From: Podarcis melisellensis
Lineage: Eukaryota
Assembly (NCBI GenBank): GCA_964234715.1
Contig: OZ174276.1
Strand: one strand, 5' to 3'
Length of the DNA: 64,000 nt
Shown here: piece by piece, positions 23,660-36,827 of the stretch
How positions within the stretch are numbered: position 1 is the stretch's first letter
Layout: each line of letters starts with the position of its first letter
Made by a program: the position numbers and the translations under genes
The notes under the pieces: generated by a model
The model's input: only the letters and a program-made list of their open reading frames with translations
What the model was told of the DNA's origin: nothing
Databases searched by the model: none

Positions 23660-24393
23660 TTGTTGTTGTTTAGTCATGTCCAACACTTCATGACCCCATG
23701 GACCAGAGCACGCCAGGCACTCCTGTCTTCCACTGCCTCCTGCAGTTTGGTCAGACTCATGTTCGTAGCTTTGAGAACACTGTCCAACCATCTTGTCCTC
23801 TGTCGTCCCCTTCTCCTTGTGCCCTCCATCTTTCCCAGCATCAGGGTCTTTTCCAGGGAGTCTTCTCTTCTCATGAGGCGGCCAAAGTTTTGGAGCCTCA
23901 GCTTCAGGATCTGTCCTTCCAGTGAGCACTCAGGGCTGATTTCCTTCAGAATGGATCGGTTTGATCTTCTTGCAGTCCATGGGACTCTCAAGAGTCTCCT
24001 CCAGCACCATAATTCAAAAGCATCAATTCTTCGGCGATCAGCCTTCTTTATGCTCCAGCTCTCACTTCCATACATCACTACTGGGAAAACCATAGCTTTA
24101 ACTATACCGACCTTTGTCGGCAAGGCGATCTCTGCTTTTTAAGATGCTGTATAGGTTTGTCATTGCTTTTCTCCCAAGAAGCAGGCATCTTTTAATTTTG
24201 TGACTGCTGTCACCATCTGCAGTGATCATGGAACCCAAGAAAGTAAAATCTCTCACTACCTCCATTTCTTCCCCTTCTATTTGCCAGGAGGCGATGGGAC
24301 CAGTTTTTTTGTTTTTTGTTTGATGTTGAGCTTCAGACCATATTTCGCGCTCTCCTCTTTCACCCTCATTAAAAGGTTCTTTAATTCCTCCTC
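23660..24393 (-). mobile_element. BovB (RTE) LINE 3' fragment immediately upstream of the SLC25A10 promoter
   Basis: ORF 23674-24123 (-) is the BovB RT C-terminus (KAMVFPVVMYGSESWSIKKADRRRIDAFELWCWRRLLRVPWTARRSN). (TTG)n tail at 23660; 9-bp TSD cctatctat at 23651-23659 and 24394-24402. Confidence 0.93.
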
Positions 24394-24429
24394 CCTATCT
24401 ATACTGTACCACAAAACCCAAAAAAGGAG

Positions 24430-25330
24430 TGGGCGGGGGGGGGGGGGCGAGGAACTGTGTGTGAATTTTCAACGAAGCAGTCAGCAGCAGCTTGGCTGCT
24501 CGATTTAAACAGAGCCGGGATTTCCTTCCAGATTAGCCATGATCTTGGCGGGCAGCGGAGATCAGCGGCGCCCGACGCTGCAGAATCCGTCGTCGAAAAG
24601 TGATTGTCCAGAAGCCGGAATGCGCGGGGGCGGACAAAGACGGGGGCTCCGCCTGAGCGGAGGAAGGCTGCGTACCCTCTCCCGGTTACTCTCCCTCCCC
24701 GGTACACCCAGCCGGGCCTCCGCGTTGCTCTTTTAAGGCGTCCCTCCCATGGCGGGCGTTGCCCCTTTAAGACCTCGTCGGTTCAGCGCAGGGAGCGGCG
24801 GCGGTGAGCAGGAGGAGGCGGCGGCCGGGCTTCCCGGGTCCGTGCAGCGGGGAGGTGAGGAGCAGCAGCAGCCACGCAGAGCCGGCGGCGCGATGGTGGA
24901 GAAACGTGTGTCCCGCTGGTACTTCGGAGGCCTGGCCTCGTGCGGGGCAGCCTGCTGCACCCACCCGCTAGACCTGCTCAAGGTGCGTCTTTGCGTTAGA
25001 GAAACCCGCCAGGAAGGAAGACGGGGCACCCCTTTCCCCGGCGACGGATGGGGGGACCTGGCCCCTAAAATCCCTCTCCGGCCCTCTGCCTCCCGTCTTC
25101 CCCCTGGGCTCCCCTGCGCTGATCTTTGCTGGCCCCATCCCTGCTAGTTGTCTCTCGCCGCCCCCTCCGCTTCAATATTGCCGCGTGTTTCCTTTGCAGC
25201 TTGGGAATTCCTTGCGCCGCTTCCTTCCCCCGCTTGGCTGCAGGCAAAGGTGGCTCAACAGCAAAGTGCTCTAAGGAGAGGTTCTTCACCTCTAACCTAC
25301 CATTTACGTCTAAGGCAGCGCGAGCGACGG
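24430..25330 (+). promoter_or_regulatory. CpG island promoter of SLC25A10
   Basis: CpG-dense tract with ccggaa and a GC box ggggcgg (about 24615-24633) and TTTAA boxes at about 24732 and 24766, upstream of exon 1. Confidence 0.8.
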
Positions 25331-28300
25331 CAAGGCGAGGAGACAGACACTTCCTTAGCCCTCCCCCACTCTGGGTTGGAGACTATAGGGGGTTGACAGT
25401 GGTGTGGCATTTCCCTTTTCTCTCCCCCCCCCCCCATGATTTCTATCTGCCATTTTGGCTCCGTTGATAACTAGGAAGTTGGAACTGCCTGGGCACCACC
25501 ACCGTGGTGCACAGATGTACCCCATTTCCCAGGCAAGAGACGTGGCCTGCGGTTGGTATTCTGGCCCTGGCTGGCACCCCTTGGTGTCTCGTTTCCTGGG
25601 CACAGCAGACTGGCATCTGCTGCCGCTGTATGCCCTGTAGTGGCTCCCTCTGGCCAGACGGTTGGCTGCCTTCCAGGAAGCAGTGCCTAAGGAGCTAACT
25701 GAAGGCAACAGTCTTGAGTCTGTTCAGATTGATTGATTGATTAAATTTGTATTCATCTGAAGATCACAGAGCAAGTTCGAAACATAAAAATACAAAAACG
25801 AGAACAGACACCTCCCCCTCATTTCCAGTTCATTCTATGTAAGGTAAAGGTAAGGGACCCCTGGACAGTTAACTCCATTATGTGTAGTATAATTTGACCA
25901 GCTAGCATTCTCCACTACGAATTAGAGAGCACAGATCAAGGCATAATTATCATCACAGTAGTTGGGCCCCTGCTCTGTTAAATATTACTGTAGTGTACTT
26001 GTAAAACAGGTATAGCCTGTCTGGTTTCTAGCTTCTACTGTGTGTCAAGTGATACAGAATTTGCACAGCGTTTTCTTGGTTTGAGAGACTGAGGCCTAAT
26101 TGTATTGGTTAGGAAGTGAGGACTTCCAAGATAACAGCTTGAATTCAGGGGCAGTATCTCCTGGTATGAATGGAGGCCTGCAAAAAACAAAGAGGCCCCA
26201 TTCAGCCACGATTCTGCACTTCTGGCATTGTGCAGACCCCTCACAAGTGGCCAGATACCGTAGTTTCTGCCTTGAAAGGCAAGCACACAGAGGGAAAGTG
26301 GCATGTCCAAGGTCAGCGGGGCCATTAAGAGTTTTTCTTAATGATCTCTGGCATGCAGCCCTGATCAGCAGATGCAGTGTTTTCCTGTACTCTGTTGAAT
26401 GGGTACAGATAAATTATTTTCTTTTGCCTTGTAATCTTTATTGCTGTTATTTCTCAGATACATTAGTCGTCATAGTGGGCGCTCTTAAGTTTTTTTGTTT
26501 TCTGTTTTAAAAACAGAATCCAAGGTTCCTCAAATGTACGCGAAACACATTCGTCCTTGACATGGGGCAATCCAATCAGAAAGGAAGAAAGAGGGAGGCC
26601 AAAACATGGGGAAGAATTCAAATGTCGCAGTAAAACAAACATTCTGGCAAGGCAAGCATTTCTGTTTGCTCAAGGGAGCAGTCCTCCCTTTCCTCCCCCA
26701 TGTGCTGTTCTAAGGGTTCTCCTGATTTTCCCCACAAGCCAATTTGGGAAATGTGGGGTGAAGAGAGGGGAAGAAAGCGCCATTGCACTAGTAGCAGTCC
26801 TCATGTGGGCTTTTTTGAGCTGTGCCAGTTAGTCAAATCTGTCCTATAATCCAGGAAGAGACCAGTGTCAACAGGCCTCTCCTGGCTGCTGTCTAGAGCT
26901 CCACACAGAAGCCTGCTTGGGATTTTAATGATAACTTTTCTAAGCCCTTTTATTACCCAACTGCCCTGCATTTATTTTTTGTGTACCTAGACAAGAGACC
27001 TGCCAACTGCCTTTCTCTGTCTAGGGCCTATTTCTCAGGGGTATCTGTCAGGGGCCACACATTGGTGATAAGTGAGGCTACATCCTGTTTCCACCTTTCT
27101 TTCTGCCTGGCCCGGCCCCTTCCCCTTTCCCCATCCCTTTGTCACCTGCATGAACTTAGGCCAGAAGATGCATGCAGTCCTAGGGGCATAAGGTTGCCCA
27201 CTCCAGCAAAAGTGGTCTCTGAGGTGTTACTCATCATGGCACCAAGGTGTCCCCAGCTTTGGTCCTTGCTCTTCAAAGTCAAATGTCAAAGGCTGCATAC
27301 ACAACATACATCTGAAACACACTCACACACCTTAGAGAATCCTGGGAACCCTGGTTTACTCCCTTGCAGACCTACAGTTCTCAGCACCCTTATCAAACTG
27401 CAATTCCCAGTATTCTGTGGGGGTGGGAATGTATGGTGTGTACATGGCCCAAGTCTGCCCCACAGGCTGCTTTAAAGCTGACAGAAAGGGGATGGACTTG
27501 TCAAACTCAATAAACTTGAAAGATAGCTTTCTTAGGAGGGGAGTTTATGGGGCTACGAAGTTTTTCTGCCCAGCCACTGACAAGTTACCAGGCAAGGCCT
27601 GTTCTGAGATCCTCACCCACTCCACCCGCCTCTCCCTGAGCATTCTGCATACTTAGCCCTGGTCCCTAATGGGGTGGGAACATTCTTTTCCCTTGTTATG
27701 GTCTGGCAGGGGCACACTAATGCCAGCATGAAGCTGCTAACCCTGGAGATTCCTGCAGATTTGAGCCTCCATCGTTTGCTTTCCCTGTGTCACTGCTGGG
27801 CCTGCCAGCTGCTTGATGAGCACATTCCAGCTTCATCCTTCACAATGGGATCTTTGAGCTGCCACTGGCTGCCTGGGAACACTGCCCATCTGAGCTGCTG
27901 TCCACCGCTTCACTGCCCTCTCCTGGCTGCTGGTACTTCTGCAGCCTCAGCTGATGTGTGTTTCCACCGGGGGCTGCTTCAGTCCACTTGCTTCTTAAAA
28001 GGGTGGGTCTTACCAAAAATGGCGAAGCTGTGGGTCTTGTTGTTGTTGAACTCTAACCCTGCTCCTAGAAGGCTCTTGGATTGATTGATTGCTTTTATTT
28101 AAATTAAATTTATTTAAATTTATATATTTATATAAAATATATTTTATTTTATTTATTGCTTTTCTCCCAAAAACTCAAGTACATGGTTTCTGCTCATTTA
28201 ATCCCCAGGACAACCCTGTGAGGTAGTGCCTGGCTTTGTGGCCAAGTGAGGATTTGAACCTCGGTCTCCCAGCTGTTAATCCGACACTCTAACAAATATA

Positions 28301-31300
28301 AAATCACTGTAGAGTTGGAAGGGGCCACAAGAGTCACCTCGTCCAATCCCTTCCAATGCAGGGATATTTCGCCCAATGTGAGGCTAGAACCCACAACCCA
28401 GAGAGATTAAGAGTCCCATGCTCTACCAACTGAGCTATCCCCAGCTGCCTATGAGACACTGGTACATTTGCGTTCAAGAACTGCTGGTCAGATAATTGCT
28501 TGGACTCCTTATTCCTTACAGTAATATCATTCAGGATGGGAGAAGGCCAGTGTTGAGAAGTGCAAGTGTTTTGTACTATTTCATTTCTGGGTCCAGTTCA
28601 GAACTTGTGTAGGCTATATTCTCTTGTTGCTTGAATTGACCTCTCCCCTTCTTCAGGATAAGGGCTGGTTGGCCAATGGCCCTGCCAAGGTTTTTTTGAT
28701 TTTTATCAACGTGGCAGCCTTTTACCTAAATTCTCTCTGAGTTGGCTGTACAGTACTATAAACACGAGCTGCTCCACTGCGAGGTCAGGGTGCTTGCAGG
28801 TGGGATGTTGACCTGCATTTCTAAACTACAGAAGCAGATGGGTCCGCATTTGTCTGTGGATGCAGGCAGCAGACTGTTCAGGGGAGCCCCTTGCCAGGGC
28901 TGGAACAAGTGCCTCGCAGCTGTGATTGCAAAAACATCCAAAATTAATAGCACCCATTAGGTTATGGGGTGAAGAATGCAGGAATCTTCTTACAGCTCAC
29001 CGGGGGGGGGGGGTAATATCTGGGAGGAATTGGGGGAGATAGCTGGGAGGTAAGACTTGTCTTTCTGGAAGGAGTGGGTTTTGTTGGGTAAGCCACATGT
29101 CCCGATGGAGGGGAAAGGGTTTTGTAAAAGCAAGGAAACCAGAAGTCAGGAATCCTTTTCAAATTTTACGGGGGAGAGTGGAGCAGGATAGCAAAATATA
29201 AATTCTTGTGCAAAGGGATTGTCTCTAGGGGGTAAACATCAGTCATGGCTTTAAAAATAGAATCTCTCCTTAAACTCTGGTGGGCAGTATTCTTGGAGTA
29301 GAAGATTCAAAGTGGATGTTTACAATGAATTCCTGAGATCTTGTTGACGTGGAGTTGCAGTTTCATTTGTTTGTTCTATCAGAGGTGCATGGACCATGGC
29401 TGCTTAATCTTTTCCTTGCCCTGGCCCCCCTGGAATATCCCTCGGAGAACGAAGAGCCTGGCAAATCCAGCCTGACCTGTTTGCTACCTGCTTTCCTTGC
29501 CTCTAGGTCCACCTGCAAACCCAGCAGGAAGTGAAGATGCGCATGACGGGCATGGCCTTGCGTGTGATTCGCAACGATGGCTTCCTGGCCCTCTACAGTG
29601 GGCTTAGTGCCTCCCTCTGCCGGCAGGTGAGTTGTTGGGCCGCTGCAACAATTGCTTTACCCCGATCTGTTCAGTCCTGCTCCTTTCGTCTGGCTTCCCA
29701 TGCCAGCTTTTTGGTTCCGTCACGCTACCTGTGAGAGTTCTGCAGCTTCTTCCAGCACCCTTCAAAGCATATTCCACAGATGTAACACTGAGACTCTGTT
29801 TGGCTTCACGGACAGAGCTTTGTAAATTAGGTCGACTTGCAGTCTCTGAAACTGAGAGGCCATTTGGTCACAGTTAACGGCAAAAATCCCGCAGAATATT
29901 GTCAATAGTAGAATATAAGGATCCAATAGCCCCTGCCATCTGAGAAGGTCAAGCAGGTTTTTAGACTAGGAATTTTTGAAATGAGGCATGTGCTTCTAAG
30001 CTATGTCCTCCCCAAGACTTTGATGAGTCAGGCATCTTGTGCCGATGAGGAGAAGCTGAGAAAAGCGACAGCTTCTTGAGTTGTATCCTTCTTCCCTTTT
30101 AATATCTTGCTTATTAGCAGCACACCGACAGTCACAATGGCTCCCTCCACTCCTGGCACACTGTTGCTTCTCCCACCACTCTGCAAGGGAATTCTCAATC
30201 CTTGCAAACGGCTCTGTAATAAGGTTACATTGATTTCTGCAGCCACCATAAGCCCTGCTTGAATATCATTCTGCTTGCAGAATCTATGATTCCTGAATAG
30301 TTGGGTGTTAGGGTTGGCCTCTGCTATGGCAAGCAGGGTTCGGGGAAGAAGAGGGCTTCACTTGGGGTCGCACCTCTTGCATATATACCGGGTGGTGCCT
30401 GTTGATTGGCGAAAAGGACACTGCTGCCATGGCTCTTAAGGGCACAAGCGCCATAATGCAAAGGCTGTGGCCATGCCAGCGCAGGGGCTGCACCATTGCC
30501 AAGCTGATGCCATGGCTGAACGGTGATTCTGCTGAGCGATTGCCCTGTGCTGGGCAGGACCAGGGCCTGAGAGCGTGCTGCCAACCTGCTCTGACTCTTT
30601 CTGCTTCTCCAGATGACGTACTCCCTCACCCGCTTTGCCATCTATGAGACTGTGCGGGACCACTTGAGCCAGGGTGCCCAGGGGCCAATGCCCTTCTACC
30701 AGAAGGTGCTGCTAGGTGCAGTAGGAGGTGAGCTGGGGCTTGGCAAGCGCAGGATGACGGGCCACGCCAGTGCAGGCTGCACAGTCCCCTTTCACCTGCT
30801 GTTCTCTGGTTGCAGGTTTCACCGGTGGGTTCGTGGGGACCCCAGCGGACATGGTGAATGTCAGGTCAGTGGTCTCCTTCCCCATTCCCTATGGCTATGC
30901 TTCAACCTTGCCCAGTTCAGCTCCCCCTGACCTGTTCACGTGACTCTTCACACCCCTACTGAACTCGGGGACATTCCATGGGGCTGGATAAGCCCACACA
31001 AGGACTTTCACCCGTTCAGTGGTGTTTTTCCTCTTCGTGCCCCCTTAAATTGGCTCGGGTGGGCAGGGGGGTTTGGAGAGTCCCTGCAGCAGCATGCGGG
31101 GGGAGGAGAGGGCTGATCATTTCACCATCAGAAATGCTTCTGCTGACAGAGAAATCTGCTTAGTGCTAGCTGGATAGCTCAGTGGGTTAGAGCATGGTGC
31201 TGAAAATGCCAAGGCTGCAGGTTTGATCCCAGCTGCATATTCCTGTGTTGCAGGGGGCTGGATTAGATTATCCATGGGGTTCCTTCCAACTCGATAATGA

Positions 31301-34300
31301 TGATGATGTACTATTTATACCCCTCCCATCTGGCTGGGTTCACCAAGCAACTCTGGGTGGCTCCCAACAGAATATTAAAAACACCAAACATTAAAAACTT
31401 CCCTTCAGATGTCTTCTAAAAGTCAGATAGTTGTTTATTTCCTTGACATCTGATGGGAGGGCATTCCACAGGGTGGGCACCACTACCGAGAAGGCCCTCT
31501 ACTTGGTTCCCTGTAACCTCACTTCTCGCAGGGAGGGAACCGCCAAAAGGCCCTCGGCGCTGGATCTCAGTGTCTGGGCTGAACGATGGGGTGGAGATGC
31601 TCCTTCAGGTATATGATCACAACATTCTGAACAGCTACACAGAATTTAGCCCATTGTCTCTGTGGTTCACCTTGCTCTGGGGCAAACTCAGCATCCTATG
31701 GTGGCGGGTGTGTGTGTGTGTGTGTGATTTGGGAAAGGCTTTTGTCTCCCTGCCCTCATGAAAGTGTCTTTAACGCTGTGATGCTTTTCCCTCCACAGGA
31801 TGCAGAATGACATGAAGCAGCCGGTGCATCTGCGGCGCAAGTGAGTGTCCAGATTGCAGAGGGGGATTGCACAGGAGGTGCACAAGTGCGGGAGAGGCAA
31901 ATAATAGCATTAAGGAGGCGGACCCTGTGAAAGCCTTTATCCATCCGAAAAGAGTTGTATTGAAGCTGCATGGCCACAGAGGGGCAGCATGGATCCTCAA
32001 ATTCCAATTGTTTGAAGCTCAAAGACACCTTTCTGAATCATTACAGCACCCCCTGGCGACCAAAGCCCAGGGTTCTATAAGTCCCTACTAGATCTGGAAG
32101 AGTCTATAGTTGCAGCCTTCTGTCTGGTGTGGCCAGCAGAAGTGGCAGCTGCAGCAAGATGGGTTTAGGTGTCTAATATGGTCTCTCTTTGCTTTCTAGC
32201 TACTCACATGCTCTGGATGGGTTGTATCGGGTGCTTCGTGAAGGTAAGGATTTGGTCAGTGCACAGTGTGACTAGTTTGAGCTTCTGAGAGGCCACAGGG
32301 AGCTCACCCTGAATGAAAGAAATTGGCCTTGGGGAGAATCTGCTGCAGCCTCTGCCCCCTTTTCTATACGGAAGTGGGAGCTGTTAGGTTACAGGCCAGT
32401 CCCGGTGCCAGGAAGCTGGCAAAACCAGTGCCAGGAGAAGGGGCAACACCATCCAAGGCAAACTACCTGGAAGTAAAGCTGGTGGCAGGATGAGAGCCTG
32501 CGAAAGTTGCAGGTACAGCCTTTGTTTAGCGGCTCTTTGGGATCAGTGATGAGAGCCACTTGCAAGCTCCTCTTGAGTCTGGCAGCCGCTGAACGTTTGG
32601 AAGGGAGAGGGGTGAGTAAGCTGATGGGAAGTGCAGAGGAATATGGTGACCTGGAGTTCACACGGGTAGAATTCAGAGTTGACCACATACTTGGCTTCTA
32701 GAGCGTCACAGAGAACAAGCATATGGGGCCCAGGGAAAAGGGAGAGAGGAGACTAAAAGGGTTGTCCCTTCATGTGTGTTAGAGGGGGGCAATGGGGGGA
32801 GAGGGAGATTGGCAAGTGGAGAAAATAAGACCCACCCCTCCTGCCTTTAAAGTCCAGTGGAAGGATGAGGAATGGTAGCTTCCTGCTCCATGTTGCTCTG
32901 GAAATTGAGGAGAAAAGGCAAGGAGCAGAGTCTACAAGTCATGCAGCCTTCATTGGTTCAGATCCACTGTGGCTTGCCCCCAGGCAAGTGCTCATAGATT
33001 GGCAGCTGGACTGGGTTTCAAAAAGTGAAACTGTGCAAGAGCAGAGAGACCCACTCTGAGCAACTGCCCCGTCCTCTGTCCCTGATTAGTTTGAGCAGTG
33101 TTCTCTCTTCCACAGGCATCTAATTGGAGATCTTATCTTCTCTGATGCTTTGATTTCTAACCACAGATTTGTATTTTAATCTTCCAACCACAGATATTTT
33201 ATTGTGATGGGGCATCAGTATCTCTGCCCTATCAGGGCTTCTGATCGTCTGGCTTTGGCTAAATGAGGAGCTATTTCATAACCTTTTAAAACCAACCTGT
33301 GCTAGAATACAGTGAAGTCTTTTATGGATTGGCTCTGCTTTCTAAGCACCTAGTAGATTATAACATCATTCCTGTATCTTTGGGAGCAATAGAGAATATC
33401 TATTCCTGTGCAGTGTCTTAGGGGCTGGGAGGCTGTGGTTTCTGAAGAGTTGACGAGCAGAAAAGCACTGCTGTTTGTAGACTGTGCAACCTAGTGTATA
33501 CCCCCATGCTTTGAATCCCTTTTGTCTTTGCAGAGGGTGTGAAGAAATTGTTTTCGGGAGCTTCAATGGCAGCAAGTCGAGGGGCCCTGGTTACTGTTGG
33601 ACAGGTAGTGATAAAAAAAAGATCCATAGTTGCTTATGTCTGTGCACCTAAATCCAGCCTACATGTGTGCATATTCAGCTAGGCATATACCCACCACAAT
33701 GCACACCAAGGCCATATCTATATGCCCACTTTTCACCCCAGGCATGAAATCGATTGACATGTTCTCTAGCCACCTGGGGAGGGAAAATAGGATTTAGTAG
33801 AAATCCTGTCCTGTTACTGTCAGATGTAATGGAAGAGACACCCGCTCTGCAGTTGATGCGAGGTAAGATTTCTAGTCCAGGCATAACCTCCCCACAAGAG
33901 CCAGTCTTCCCATTGGGAGGCTATAGGAAGCTGCGTTCAGACAGCAGGATGCAGAAGGCAGCATGTATTTGCAAAACCTGTAGACAGCACTAATAGCTTT
34001 TGACTCAAAATGTTAAAATGTTTGAAGGCTTCTCTTAGTCTCTGCGCCCAAGGTTAGTTTGTAGGTTCCTTCGTACTGTCTCTCCTGTCTCTGGGGCTGC
34101 AAGGGGGTGGGGGTGAGAGGAGAGGTCAGGCTCTGTAGCAATTGCTTTCTCAAGGTGAGAGATTTGTGCAAAAGGGTGTAAAGGCACAAGTGACCCAGTG
34201 TAGGCTGGAGAATGAGATCCTATATTTCCCAGTCCACCTGTGTCCTCAGCATATTGGCTTAGGGCTTTTAAAGATGGGTTAGGCCAGGGGTGGGGAACCT

Positions 34301-36827
34301 GCAGCCCTCCAGATGCTATTGGACTCTCATCACTCCCAGCCAGCAAAGATAATAAGGGTTGGTAGTCTAGAGAGCCCAAGTTCCCCCGGATTAGACCTAC
34401 AACTTCCTTGTCTCCCTGGCAGTACTGATGAGACAGGAGATTTGTCCGAGAGGGCTGAGGATTAGTCACACTTTTGCCACTTGTCCTCCTGATACACTGG
34501 AGGGGCTGGTGTCGCTGTCTTGCCTGATCCCTTGTGGTTCAACAGAGAATGGACACTCCGTTTCAGGGCCAGTCTCTCTGCTTGCTCATGAGTGCTGGAA
34601 GATTTGGGGCCAGTCTCACATCTTTCTGCTTCTCTGCAGCTCTCCTGCTATGACCAGGCTAAGCAGTTGGTTCTTGGGACCGGTTTCCTCTCCGACAATA
34701 TTCTCACCCATTTCTTGGCCAGCTTTATTGCTGTAAGTGGATACCTGGGTGTGAGTGCAAAGTCAAGGATTTTATTTTGTTTGTGTGTTTGTATTCATTG
34801 GGGTTAAAGCCATGATGCTTGTTCCACCTTCTTGGGAGATGGAGGTCCAAAGTCGAAGTCCATGGAGCTACCAAGAATGGATTGTGATGAAGGTCCTAGT
34901 CCTTCCCTGCAAAGATAGCATTTCAAACACAGAAAGCTCATCATTTAAAGTTGGATTGTCTGGCAATTGAGCCATAAGAGTTATCTCTTATGTTAACCAG
35001 ACCTGCACAAGTAGAAATGCTCCAAGATAAACACAATGTTTGACCTGCCTGAGATTGTAAAAATCTGGGGGAGGGTGGTAGGTGGTGAAGTATCTACCAT
35101 ACTTGACTGGGGCTTGTTTTGGGCTTGGTGGGGACCATACACTGTTTAAGCCTGTTCTAGGCTCAGGACTGCTTTGTAGCTCGTTTGTAAAGCTGTTACA
35201 TTACTGAGCATCTGCTTGGACCCAGTAGTTAGTCTGTTGGGTGCTGTTTGGAATGAATAAGACCATGAGCCTCTGGATTGAGGACTAATGGAGAGAGCAA
35301 GGTTTGACAAAGGGGAAAAGGTAAAAGGGAAGGTAGGGCTAATAGCAGGCACTGCAGTGTAGAAGAGGCTGTTGTGATTCTGAAACGGTTTTGCCCAAGA
35401 AGTTGGTTTTATAGAAGGCTTTGAAAGGTTGGTGAGAAAGAGAATTAGCTGGATAAAGGGATGGCGTTCTTTAAGGTCTGGGGCACTATGAAGGAGGCGC
35501 TTCAGGGAACTATATATTCCAGTGCAGATCATGCAAGATGATTTTGTGGCCTCTACCCATTTATTCTGCTCCATGGCTTAAAAACACAGCACATGCCACG
35601 CACTAATTTTAGGTAACTGTTTGGTAAACCAGTGGTCTGTAACTAGAGAGAAATGCCTTGCCACTCCCCTGCTTCATCACTGGATTTCTACTCTTAACAC
35701 AGCGATGGGGTGAGATATCGCCCCTTCCTCCAACTACCACTTAGCAGTATGTCAGTTGATAACTAGCTTATCAAGTGGGCATGCTTCTAGTGACATTCAC
35801 GCCATGCCCTGTAACACAGGATTTCAAAAAGGCTCTGCTGCCATCACACACACACCCCTTTTCATTGCAGGGAGGATGTGCCACATTCCTGTGTCAGCCC
35901 TTGGATGTGCTGAAGACACGCCTTATGAACTCCCAGGGGGAGTATCGGGTGAGTGATCTGATCCCTGTCAATGGCTGTCCTGATTCCCAGTCTCTTGATT
36001 CATTGGTTGCTTGAACTAAGCATCATCCTACAGATATCACTGGCCTTCTGGCCAACTTTCTGTTTTTTCTTTTGCTGCTGCTTGGTGCCATGCCCCTGAG
36101 CATCATTCTGGCTGCTGCAGCGCTTCATCAGTTTGTGACTGGCAGAGATTGAGCCTTGTAAGGAGAGGAATGGGATCTGTACAGGGGGCTGCCTGGGCAT
36201 GGGCTGACTTCTTTCTCATTCTCTCTCAGGGTGTCGTGCACTGTGCAATGGAGACAGCCAAGCTTGGGCCACTGGCATTTTATAAGGTAATGCAGATGCA
36301 GCAGAAGCATCGATGGGTGATTGCACCAAGTAGACCAGGCACGCAATGCAGACAGCACAACTCCTAGCCCTTCCTAGTCCTGCATTCCTGCCCTTTTGGT
36401 CCCCAGCCACTGTGCTTCTCCAGTTTGCCTCCCTATTCCCAAGATGGCTCCACTGCCTCCATTGCATCCCTTCCCCTGCTCAAGTGCTACAGCTGCATGC
36501 CAGGCTACCTGGCCTTTAGGTGATGCCAGGTGAGTGAAAAAGCCTCATATGACTCCAGATACTGGAGTAGACACACGGGATCAAAATCTGGGCTTCTCTC
36601 CACTGGGACCCTTTGCCAGCTGCCCCTTTTTCAAGCCCCACCTTCCCTCCTTGGTCTAGCTGTGCAGCTTGCGGCCACGATTCCAGGATTGACAGAAGCT
36701 GACCATAACCAATTTCCTCTTCTAGGGCCTTGTTCCTGCTGGCGTCCGCTTGGTCCCTCATACGGTGCTCACCTTTGTTTTCCTGGAGCAGCTGCGCAAA
36801 TATTTTGGGATCAAAGTGTTGGCCTGA
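24893..36827 (+). CDS. SLC25A10: Mitochondrial dicarboxylate carrier (DIC); 11 exons, 286 aa
   Basis: Join 24893-24982, 29507-29626, 30613-30727, 30816-30864, 31799-31840, 32200-32243, 33534-33604, 34640-34732, 35871-35948, 36230-36286, 36726-36827 (861 nt, all GT-AG). It starts MVEKRVSRWYFGGLASCGAACCTHPLDLLKVHLQTQQ, has three carrier signatures (PLDLLK, PADMVNVRMQND, PLDVLKTR) and ends TFVFLEQLRKYFGIKVLA*. Confidence 0.98.
25841..25877 (-). mobile_element. Sauria SINE 3'-tail remnant
   Basis: aaggtaaaggtaagggacccctggacagttaa matches the reverse complement of the tails of the copies at 39.8 and 50.9 kb. Confidence 0.6.
28302..28443 (-). mobile_element. tRNA-derived SINE with CR1-type tail
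   Basis: Reverse complement starts gggatagctcagttggtagagcatgggactcttaatc (A-box head) and ends cccttccaactctacagtgatt. Confidence 0.75.
31169..31295 (+). mobile_element. tRNA-derived SINE with CR1-type tail
   Basis: ggatagctcagtgggttagagcatggtgctg..gcaggtttgatccc head, then gcagggggctggattagat..ccttccaactc. Confidence 0.7.
31300..31613 (-). mobile_element. L2-type LINE 3' fragment
   Basis: tatttatacccc..catctggctgggtt..ctctgggtggct end, plus gggagggcattccacagggtgggcaccactaccgagaaggccct. Related older fragments occur at about 1590-1670 and 46200-46540. Confidence 0.7.
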
